Source: Candidatus Latescibacterota bacterium | GTDB lineage: Bacteria; JAAXHH01 | Assembly (NCBI GenBank): GCA_022821085.1 | Contig: JAJEEG010000006.1 | Location: 1,073,330 to 1,137,329 of the forward strand | Direction of reading: 5' to 3' | DNA length: 64,000 nt | Shown here: positions 31,164-39,197 of the stretch, one piece after another | Layout: each line of letters begins with the position of its first letter | How positions within the stretch are numbered: position 1 is the stretch's first letter | Translations under genes and position numbers: made by a program | The notes under the pieces: generated by a model | What the model saw: only the letters and a program-made list of their open reading frames with translations | Database searches by the model: none | Told to the model about the DNA's origin: nothing

Positions 31164-34100
31164 CTACGCCTCCGGCGCTCGATCTTCGGTCTCGGGCGAT
31201 CCGTCATCTACTTCCGGCGATCTGAGCAGTTTCTGAATCAGCCTGGTCCGTTCCTTTTCGACTTCGATCCGCATCTGCCGGTCCTCGTCGATATCGAAGT
31301 ACTTCCTCCCGTCGATCCACGTCTGTTCGCACTTCGTGTAGGTGGACAGGGGATGGCCGTTCCAGATCACGAAGTCGGCGTCTTTGCCCGGTTCGAGCGA
31401 TCCGACCCAGGGATCGACGGCCAGTTGGACCGCCGCGTTCAACGTGACGAACTTCAGGGCTTCCACTTCGTCCACCCCGCCGTACTTCACCGCCTTGGCG
31501 GCTTCCGTGTTCAAGCGCCGGGCGAGTTCGTTGCTGTCGGAGTTGAAAGTGACCAGCACGCCCGCGTCGTGCATCAACGCCCCGTTATGGGGAATGGCGT
31601 CGTAGGCTTCCACCTTGAAGGCCCACCAGTCGCTGAAGGCGGATGCGCCCGCCCCGTGAGCGGCCAGTTCCGGCGCGACCTTGTATCCCTCCAGCACGTG
31701 CTGAAAGGTGCCGATCGTGAACCCGAAGTCATCGGCAACTCGAAGGAGCATCAGGATCTCGTCCTGCCGATAGGAGTGGCAGTGGACGAGGCGCTCACCG
31801 GTGAGGACTTCCTGCAGCGTTTCCAGTTCGAGATCCCGGCGGGGCGGCACGACGTCGGACTTGTCCGCCAGCGCCTCGTATCTGTCCCATGCCTGCTGGT
31901 ACTCACTGGCCGCCCGGAACCGGTCGCGGATGATCTGCTCGACCCCCATGCGGCTCTGCGGATAGCGGTCGCTGAGGATGCGCCAATTGCTGCGCTTGAC
32001 GTTCTCGCCCAGGGCGAACTTAATCCCCGACTTGGCCTGTGTGAACTTGAGCTCCTCGGGGCCGGCGCCCCACCTCAGCTTGATGATCTGGTTCTTGCCC
32101 CCGATGGGATTGGCCGAACCGTGCAGCACGTTGGCCGCCGTGAGCCCTCCGGCCAGCTCCCGGTACATGGCGATATCGTAGCTGTCGATCACGTCTCCAA
32201 TGCCCACCTCCGCGGTCACGGCCTGCGTACCTTCGTTAATGCCCTCCAGGATAGCCGTGTGCGAATGGGCGTCGATGATGCCGGGCGTGACGTGCTTGCC
32301 GGTGCCATCGATCTCCTCGGCGCCGGCCGGCGCCACGAGGCCCGTGCCGACTTCCACGATCTTGCCTTCACGGATAATCACGTCCGCGTGCTCCAGTTTG
32401 CCCCGCTCGTCCAGCGTCCACACCGTGGCGTTCCGGACGACGAGATGTTCCGGCTGCGCCGGTGCGCTTTCCCTGCCGAAGGCGCCCGGTGGGTACAGTG
32501 CCGGAGGTTCAGCCACCTCGGCTGGCGCGGGTATGTCCTTCGTCTCCGCTTCCCGCGGTGCGGTGCGTTCGGCCGACCAGACCACGCTTTCGCCGCCGGG
32601 CCGGATCCCCCGGCCGGTGATTCGGTCTCCCTGGATCGAACCCGAGAAACGCCATACGCCGTCTTCTCCCAGTGCCTCATCCTCCACGCTGAAGGCGATG
32701 CGCGCGTCTTCCAACGCCATGCGGACGGCATTCATGGAGTTCCCGTCCTTGTCGAGAGTACCCTTCGGCGCCCCCGGTGCGCCTTCGATGGACAGCGACA
32801 GGCTGTCACCCTGCAGGACGACCACCCACGCACCCCGGGGATCGGTGACCGGCCGGGGGGTGATCACGTGGCGGTTGCCCGCGACCCAGACGTCCTGCAC
32901 GTTCACGTTCTCCGCGAAGAGGGGGCCGTCGGTTATGGTCATGTTGGCCAGCTTGCCCGGATCCAGGGTTCCGAGCCGGCTGCCCAGTCCGAGCATGGAC
33001 GCGGGCGTCGTGGTCAACGCAGCCAGCGCCGCTTCATATGCCAACCCGTGCTCGATCGCCTCACGCACCCTTTCGTGGAATTCGGCGCCCTTGTCCAATC
33101 TCGTACTGCTCAGCGCGATGGGGATTCCGGCCCGGTGCAGCATTCCGGGATTCCCGGGCGCCAGTTCCCAGTGCCGCAATGATTCCAGGGTGACGTCCAG
33201 GGCGTCTTCCGGCGTGGAGACGGAGAAATTGTCCGACCGGGGAAAATCGAGGGGCAGGATGACGGGCGCACCCGCCTCGCGGACCGCGTCCAGCATGCGG
33301 TATTCGTGGCCGCTGCCCCGCACGAGGAACCGCAATCCGAATTCATCGGCCAGCCGGGCGGCGCGCAAGAAGGCGTGGTCGTCATCGACACTCATGAGCA
33401 CGGCCTGGCCGCGGGCGGCCACCCTGTCCAGCGCCGCCAGCGCGTCATTGTCCTCCGGACGGTCCTGGCGGGGATTCGCGGCGTAGGCCGCATGGGCGTC
33501 CCGGTACCACTGCGCGTCGAGGATCGTCTGCCGCATGAGCGCCACGACACCCATCATGGAAGCCGGATAGGTGCGGTCCCGGTTTCGTTTCATGCGCAGG
33601 TGCTGAAAGACGTCGCGCTTCAGTACGTTCTCATTGGGAGAACCGGATCCCAGGTTGACGACCGCGCTGCTGCCCGCGAACACGCCTAGATCGGCCACGA
33701 CCATGGCCGCCGCGAATCCGGAACTCCTCAACCGTTCGATCTCGGCCTCTCTGACGCGGTACGCATCGGCGGCGGAACGATCCGGACGGACGGCAGGGTT
33801 CCAGTGGGAGGACCCTGAGGTCCGGGCCGCTTCCTCTTCCGTCAGTCCGGCCTGTGTGAACATCTCGATCAACCCGGGATAAATCGTCTGGCCGGAGTAG
33901 TCCCATCGCTGGGCATCCGGCGGGATTTCGACAGCGGTCCCCGCCTCGACGATCAGCCCGTCACGGATGACCACGATCCCTTTATCGATCACGAGATCGG
34001 GACGGACGTATATCCGGGCGTTTTCCAGGGCGTGTACCCGTGAAGGATTCTCCCGCAATCCCGCCTGCGGTGCCGTCTGCTGGGCCTCCGCGGCGAGGTT

Positions 34101-34178
34101 GATGATCCCGGCCAGCAGCGCGGCCAGGACCAGATAACGGCAAGTCTTGAACATGTTTTGCCTCCTGAATCCATACAA
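31164..34178 (-). CDS. Secreted tandem-domain amidohydrolase-family protein (1004 aa)
   Basis: Signal peptide then two successive amidohydrolase modules (..ARIYVRPDLVIDKGIVVIRDGLIVEAG..YSGQTIYPGLIEMF.. and ..VVRNATVWTLDERGKLEHADVIIREGKIVEVG..GKHVTPGIIDAHSH..). Confidence 0.75.
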   Translation of the reverse strand: MYGFRRQNMFKTCRYLVLAALLAGIINLAAEAQQTAPQAGLRENPSRVHALENARIYVRPDLVIDKGIVVIRDGLIVEAGTAVEIPPDAQRWDYSGQTIYPGLIEMFTQAGLTEEEAARTSGSSHWNPAVRPDRSAADAYRVREAEIERLRSSGFAAAMVVADLGVFAGSSAVVNLGSGSPNENVLKRDVFQHLRMKRNRDRTYPASMMGVVALMRQTILDAQWYRDAHAAYAANPRQDRPEDNDALAALDRVAARGQAVLMSVDDDHAFLRAARLADEFGLRFLVRGSGHEYRMLDAVREAGAPVILPLDFPRSDNFSVSTPEDALDVTLESLRHWELAPGNPGMLHRAGIPIALSSTRLDKGAEFHERVREAIEHGLAYEAALAALTTTPASMLGLGSRLGTLDPGKLANMTITDGPLFAENVNVQDVWVAGNRHVITPRPVTDPRGAWVVVLQGDSLSLSIEGAPGAPKGTLDKDGNSMNAVRMALEDARIAFSVEDEALGEDGVWRFSGSIQGDRITGRGIRPGGESVVWSAERTAPREAETKDIPAPAEVAEPPALYPPGAFGRESAPAQPEHLVVRNATVWTLDERGKLEHADVIIREGKIVEVGTGLVAPAGAEEIDGTGKHVTPGIIDAHSHTAILEGINEGTQAVTAEVGIGDVIDSYDIAMYRELAGGLTAANVLHGSANPIGGKNQIIKLRWGAGPEELKFTQAKSGIKFALGENVKRSNWRILSDRYPQSRMGVEQIIRDRFRAASEYQQAWDRYEALADKSDVVPPRRDLELETLQEVLTGERLVHCHSYRQDEILMLLRVADDFGFTIGTFQHVLEGYKVAPELAAHGAGASAFSDWWAFKVEAYDAIPHNGALMHDAGVLVTFNSDSNELARRLNTEAAKAVKYGGVDEVEALKFVTLNAAVQLAVDPWVGSLEPGKDADFVIWNGHPLSTYTKCEQTWIDGRKYFDIDEDRQMRIEVEKERTRLIQKLLRSPEVDDGSPETEDRAPEA

Positions 34179-34226
34179 CGTATCGGAATCGAAACCTACT
34201 GTTACACTGATACTTACTTGAATTTC

Positions 34227-34751
34227 CTACATCAATAGTTCAACGACTCTGTCCATGGCCTGTCCGATCCGATCGGCGAGTCTGCTGTCGTCAAGCCGGC
34301 CAATGGGATGATTGATTTCGACGATCGGATAGTCACCGCGGCCGAGCTGCTCCGCCATCACCTTCGCGGTGTGCGTGAAGTTGGTCGTACACAGCAGCAC
34401 GGACGGCAGTTCAAGGTGCTCCAGGATGAGGGCATCGTGCATGCTGCACGCGCTGCAGGAGCCTCAGTCGCCGACGCCAACGAGGGCGAAATGGCAGCGC
34501 CGCGCGATGAGACCCGTCATCTCGTCGGACAGCACGCGGCTGGCGCTTTCCTTGGTGAATGCGAGCGCTTCCACGGGATGGTCCAGGCGGTTGCTCAACT
34601 GCTCGAAGACACCGCGCAGGATGACATCGGAATTGGGCTTTCCGTTGCTCACCAGTGCGGCTACGGTGTGCCCGGGACCGAGCGGACGACGGGCCAGCCG
34701 CAGATCCGTGGCGCTGGCGGAGGCCGTAGGATCGACGAGGGTTATGGACAT
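34227..34751 (-). CDS. Candidate selenoprotein of the UGSC-motif family; in-frame TGA (34464-34466) read as Sec; 174 aa if read through
   Basis: ORFs 34464-34751 and 34227-34442 are in the same frame, separated by a single TGA; read-through gives ...RRCHFALVGVGD-U-GSCSACSMHDALILEHLELPSV... i.e. U-x-x-C-x-x-C redox motif; both halves protein-like; short palindromic hairpins (cgugcaGCAugcacg) start 2-14 nt after the UGA. Confidence 0.55.
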
Positions 34752-34809
34752 TGCCTATGCTCCAGGTGTGCGTGGTCTGCCGCCGGACCGGCGGCATGAA
34801 TTACGGTCG

Positions 34810-35817
34810 CTATGAATGGGAGACCGGGCGCGTCACCGGCCGGGATCCGACCCCCCTGCCCGATCCCAGCCAGGGCGGGATGATGGCGGAGTGTCCGCCC
34901 GCCGAACCTCCCGCGAAGACGATCCATATGCCTTCCGGGTCTGGCGTCAACGTGATGGCTTCATCGGGTTTCAGGTCGTCGTGACGGCCTGTTGCGTGGA
35001 TTTCGCGTCCTGTGGCTTCCGTACGTTCGAACAGCGCGCTTCTGATCGTTTCGCGTGTCCACCCGGCCCCGTTGAAGACCGACCGGTGTTCCGGGCAGAT
35101 GACGAAAACGATGGCGGCGCCGGCGTAGTTGGTCGTGCGGGAGACGCGCGCGAACGAGTCGATCAGGCCTCCTGGTTCGTCGTTCACGTGGTCGGCCACG
35201 GAATGGGGGGCCTCTGCGGCAAGTACCGTTACGGCGCTGCGGTCCGCGGGGACGCCTAGTTCGTCGCCCTGGGTCGGCCAGCCAGCGCAACGCGCTTCCG
35301 GCAGGCAGTACGCGATGCGTCCGGCGTGGGCTACCGTCGCCCGGTCCAGGTCCCCGGGCACGCTGCCGATACCGTTCCTGATCACCAGGTTCAGGGCCCT
35401 GCCCAGCGTCAGATTGGACCGGTTACCCGCGCCGAGCACCGCCGTTTCCGTATTGAAACCCATCTCGGCCACAACTGGACCGTGTACGATGACCAGCGGC
35501 GCGGCGCCCCCCGTGCTGGCCGAGGGGCCGACAATATTGAATGCCGGATCCAGGACAGCATCCACTGCGGCCAGGACTACAGGAAAAAGCGCGTCGGTGC
35601 AACCGGCCATCACCGCGTTGGCCGCGACCAGTTCCGCGGTGACGGTTCGCTTTCGTTCGGGCACCCGCCCGATTTCCCGGCCGGGCTCGAGTCCGTGCGC
35701 GGCCAGCATACGGTCGATGCGATCGCGGGTGGGCGGCACGACGGGCAGGCCGTCCGACCAGCCCCGGTCATAGGCGTACCCGATGGCATCGATTTCTGAT
35801 TCGACCTGGTGAGCCAT
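34810..35817 (-). CDS. Hypothetical cytoplasmic protein, co-transcribed between cytochrome c and selenoprotein candidate
   Basis: Start set at MAHQVESEIDAIGYAYDRGWSDGLPVVPPT (Met 35815-35817, 8 nt after cytochrome gene stop); ORF-track start 35991 would overlap cytochrome gene by 166 nt; no domain recognised. Confidence 0.5.
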   Translation of the reverse strand: MAHQVESEIDAIGYAYDRGWSDGLPVVPPTRDRIDRMLAAHGLEPGREIGRVPERKRTVTAELVAANAVMAGCTDALFPVVLAAVDAVLDPAFNIVGPSASTGGAAPLVIVHGPVVAEMGFNTETAVLGAGNRSNLTLGRALNLVIRNGIGSVPGDLDRATVAHAGRIAYCLPEARCAGWPTQGDELGVPADRSAVTVLAAEAPHSVADHVNDEPGGLIDSFARVSRTTNYAGAAIVFVICPEHRSVFNGAGWTRETIRSALFERTEATGREIHATGRHDDLKPDEAITLTPDPEGIWIVFAGGSAGGHSAIIPPWLGSGRGVGSRPVTRPVSHS

Positions 35818-35825
35818 CGGAACCG

Positions 35826-36218
35826 CTATCTGCCGTAGTAGTTTTCGAGATAGGTCAGTATGGTATCTTCGGTCTTGGAGTCGAAGGTCTTCAGGCCCTT
35901 CTCCGCCTGCATCCACCGGATGGCGTCCAGCCACTCCTCGCGGTTCGCCCGGTACGAGCGGATGATCTGGGTCGGATGGCACTGCGCGCATTCCCTTTCC
36001 ACGACGGGGTAGCCGTCGCCCATGATCAGCCTGGTCCGGTGATGCAGCTCCAATCCGGTTCGGGGATCGAACATCGCCACGGGCTTTGCCGCCTCGGCGC
36101 GGGCATTGGCCAGCGCGACTTTCGATCGCTCCGCTTCATAGTAGATCACGCCGATCACGATGGCGTCGAGGACGATCACGAAGGCGATCTGGCCAAGTAC
36201 GCGCATAAACCTATTCAT
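35826..36218 (-). CDS. Membrane-anchored monoheme c-type cytochrome
   Basis: N-terminal TM helix (VLGQIAFVIVLDAIVIGVIYY) followed by single heme-binding motif ECAQCH. Confidence 0.55.
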   Translation of the reverse strand: MNRFMRVLGQIAFVIVLDAIVIGVIYYEAERSKVALANARAEAAKPVAMFDPRTGLELHHRTRLIMGDGYPVVERECAQCHPTQIIRSYRANREEWLDAIRWMQAEKGLKTFDSKTEDTILTYLENYYGR

Positions 36219-36282
36219 GTGCGACTCCTGTGTGCGACTACTGCGTCTTCATTGGGGACGGCTCATCCGGGTTGGCGGGATG

Positions 36283-38490
36283 TCATCTCGAACCCGCACC
36301 AATGGGAAGGCCGAACCCCACGTACCACGTCCGGCCCGCAGCCGGCTCGAAGAAACGATCCCCGAAGGCGTTGGGGACGATGGAACCATTGTAACGCGTA
36401 TCAAACAGGTTGTTGACGCCAGCGAACAGGACGCCGCCGACCGTCGCGCCTTGGTAGGTGATGCCAGCGCGCAAATCAACGAGGCCGTAGCCGTCGTTGA
36501 CGAAGTCGGATACCGGCTTTCCGCTCCCGGGAGCGGGCCCGTTGAAGTCGTTGGCGAAGTACTCCGCCGTCCATTGCGCGTTTAACTCCACGAACGCGCC
36601 ATTGTCCGGATGGGTGTAGGTGAATCCGGCGAACAGGTGGTGGGGCGGCACGCCGGGCACTTCGTTGTCCGACAGCTGGACGAGCCTGGTGGTTCCATCG
36701 ACCTCCCGCTCGACTTCGAAGTCGTCGAATTTGAATTGCATGCCGGTGTAGGCCATCGCCAGGTTGACCGGGGGCAGAGGAGACCAGGTCAGCTTCAGTT
36801 CGATGCCCCGGTTCCGCGTTTTGCCCGCATTGCGGAAAAAGACCTCGTCCGTCTCCGGATTGTCGATCTGGAAGGGCAGGAGCATATTGCGTATCCCGAA
36901 GGTGAAGAGGGCGGCGTCATAGGCTAATCCGGCATCGGGCAGGAATCCCTTTACGCCTGCCTCGAAGCCCCGAATTCGTTCGGGCTCGAGATCCGGATTG
37001 AAACCTCCGGCCTGCGTGGGCTGGTTGCTCAGTTCCGTAGTGGTCGGCGTCTGGAAGGCGGTGGAGAAATTGCCGTACACCGCCGTGAGCGGGGCAGGCC
37101 GGAAAGCCACGCCCAGGTGGGGGCTGAACTGCGCCATGTTCCGCGTTCCAGAATCGTCGGTCTGGTCACTCAGGAAACGGTCCGTCGCCTCGTATCGGAA
37201 CCGGTCGTACCGTCCGCCGGCGGTGATTGATACCTCCGGTCCGGGTGACCATTCCAGCTCCACGAAGGGGCCGAAGCCGTCGACGCCTTCCTCCTGGTCC
37301 AGCAGTTTGTCGCCGCGCGAAATTTCGTCGAAGACGCGTGCGTCGTCCAGCGTGCCCACGAGATCTCCCGGAATGCCGGCGTTGCCGTATTCGCGCCGTT
37401 CGTCGCGCTGTATCTCCAAATCCAATCCGGCCGTCATCCGGTATCCGCCGTTTCCGATCCCACCCTCGCGGCTATACACCCCCCGAATTCCCCCGGCCAT
37501 GCGGTCCAGGTCGATGATCCGGCCCGGAATGGGGTTGAACAGCGTGCGTCCCATGCCGAAGACCGTGATTTCTCCTTCGGCCCCGGGCGCTTCGTAACGC
37601 AGGGACAGGCCGCCCTGGAACTGTCTGATCTCCTTGGACGCGCCCTGTCGCTGGACGAAAGTTCTAGCGCTGGCGGGGTCCGACTCGGCCGTGGCCTTGT
37701 CGAGTGAGCTCGGGTTGTACTGGTACGGTGCGTTGTAGTAATTGGCCACGGCCGTCATGGTCCAGGTATCGTCGATCCTTCGTTTCCCGACCGAGTTGAT
37801 ACCGGTCGAACGTGCAAAGGCATGGTCGCGGAACCCGTCGAACCAGAGCGTATTGAAATTGACGAGAAACCGGTTGCCGCCCGCGGTGCCGGCCGCCTTG
37901 CCCTGCAGTCGCCGCAGGCCATGCGAACCGGTGATGAAACGGGGCGTGACTTCGATCGGCCGGTCCGGGGCATCTTCGGTGCGAATCTGGATGACACCGC
38001 CCGCCGCGTTGCCGTAAAGCGACGAACTGGGACCGCGCAATACTTCGATCTGCCCCGCCGAGGTGAGATCGAGGTTGTTGAGCTGGGACTGGCCGTCGGC
38101 CATGGTCAGCGGAATGCCGTCCAGCACCAGCTTCACCCCGCGCACGCCGAAGGACGCCCGGCTGCCCAGGCCGCGGATGCTGATCCGGTCGCCCTGGGAC
38201 ACGTTGTTCCGGTTGTTTACGATGATGCCCGGCAGTCCACGGACACTCTCTTCCAGGGACAGCCCGGGTTCGGCGCGCTGGATCTCGTCCCGGTCCACCC
38301 GGTCCACGGCATAGGGTATGTCGAGGATCTCCCGGATGTAGCGGGTAGCGGTGACTTCAATGGGTTGAAGGACGTGATCTACGTCAACATCGGTGGTGTC
38401 CGGAGTCGACTGCGGCCAGGCGTGGGCGGGTAGCGGATGCAGAAACAGATGCAGGAAAAGGAAACCGCAGGCTGGAAGAATCGTTTTCAT
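36283..38490 (-). CDS. TonB-dependent outer-membrane receptor
   Basis: Signal peptide, plug domain (..LSLEESVRGLPGIIVNNRNNVSQGDRISIRGLG..IEVLRGPSSSLYGNAAGGVIQIRTE..), long beta-barrel. Confidence 0.85.
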   Translation of the reverse strand: MKTILPACGFLFLHLFLHPLPAHAWPQSTPDTTDVDVDHVLQPIEVTATRYIREILDIPYAVDRVDRDEIQRAEPGLSLEESVRGLPGIIVNNRNNVSQGDRISIRGLGSRASFGVRGVKLVLDGIPLTMADGQSQLNNLDLTSAGQIEVLRGPSSSLYGNAAGGVIQIRTEDAPDRPIEVTPRFITGSHGLRRLQGKAAGTAGGNRFLVNFNTLWFDGFRDHAFARSTGINSVGKRRIDDTWTMTAVANYYNAPYQYNPSSLDKATAESDPASARTFVQRQGASKEIRQFQGGLSLRYEAPGAEGEITVFGMGRTLFNPIPGRIIDLDRMAGGIRGVYSREGGIGNGGYRMTAGLDLEIQRDERREYGNAGIPGDLVGTLDDARVFDEISRGDKLLDQEEGVDGFGPFVELEWSPGPEVSITAGGRYDRFRYEATDRFLSDQTDDSGTRNMAQFSPHLGVAFRPAPLTAVYGNFSTAFQTPTTTELSNQPTQAGGFNPDLEPERIRGFEAGVKGFLPDAGLAYDAALFTFGIRNMLLPFQIDNPETDEVFFRNAGKTRNRGIELKLTWSPLPPVNLAMAYTGMQFKFDDFEVEREVDGTTRLVQLSDNEVPGVPPHHLFAGFTYTHPDNGAFVELNAQWTAEYFANDFNGPAPGSGKPVSDFVNDGYGLVDLRAGITYQGATVGGVLFAGVNNLFDTRYNGSIVPNAFGDRFFEPAAGRTWYVGFGLPIGAGSR

Positions 38491-38544
38491 CGAGTACCGA
38501 ATCGATGCGGCGGGGCGGACGAAGGGCCCGCCCCGCGGTGTGCA

Positions 38545-39171
38545 CTAATCCAATGAACGGATCTTGACGTTCTTGAACCGGATTTTGCCCTGGCCGAAGG
38601 CCTGCAGCACGACGACGCCGCTGTAATGGGAGGAATCCTGGATCTTGACGGCTTCTTCCCCGTTCAGCGTAACCGTAATGTCACGTCCGTCGGCGGTGAT
38701 GACCATGGTGTTCCACTGGCCTTCGGTCTTAGGCGGCGGTTCGTACTTGGCCAGCGCCACGATGCTGCCGGTGGTGTAGCCCGAGCCGTGGGTATCCGCG
38801 ATATTGATCTCGTAGAAGGAATACTGGTTCACCCTCGCCCCGGTATCACGCGGCCCGCGTACGAAGACACCGCTGTTGTGGCCGGCGTCCTGGTTGAACT
38901 GCACGCTCAACTCAAAGTTCGTGAACTCGGCGTAGGACCCGATGTATCCGGGGCCACCCGTCGCTTCCCCGGTGAGCATGCCGTCTTCCACCGCCCAGAT
39001 GGCGGTACCGCCGCGGTGGGTCCAGCCCAGGAGGGTCTGGCCGTCGAACAGCAGTTTCCAGCCCGCCTCCTGCTCCGCTTCGGTCAGCATATTGTCCTGA
39101 GCGGCAGCCGTGCCCTGCATACAGGCCGCGAAAAGGGCGGCGGCCGCAAGGCTCCAGATGTAGCGTTTCAT
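38545..39171 (-). CDS. DUF1080 (3-keto-disaccharide hydrolase-like jellyroll) domain protein, secreted
   Basis: Signal peptide; EQEAGWKLLFDGQTLLGWTH...IWAVEDGMLTG...YAEFTNFELSVQF...NSGVFVR pattern typical of PF06439. Confidence 0.75.
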   Translation of the reverse strand: MKRYIWSLAAAALFAACMQGTAAAQDNMLTEAEQEAGWKLLFDGQTLLGWTHRGGTAIWAVEDGMLTGEATGGPGYIGSYAEFTNFELSVQFNQDAGHNSGVFVRGPRDTGARVNQYSFYEINIADTHGSGYTTGSIVALAKYEPPPKTEGQWNTMVITADGRDITVTLNGEEAVKIQDSSHYSGVVVLQAFGQGKIRFKNVKIRSLD

Positions 39172-39197
39172 TACGAATCTCCTGTGTTAGTCGCCAA

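Noticed and set aside
34810-35991. ORF-track start at 35991 for the unknown protein
   Set aside because: Would overlap the cytochrome c gene by 166 nt in another frame. Internal Met at 35817 lies 8 nt after the cytochrome stop and gives a sensible N-terminus.
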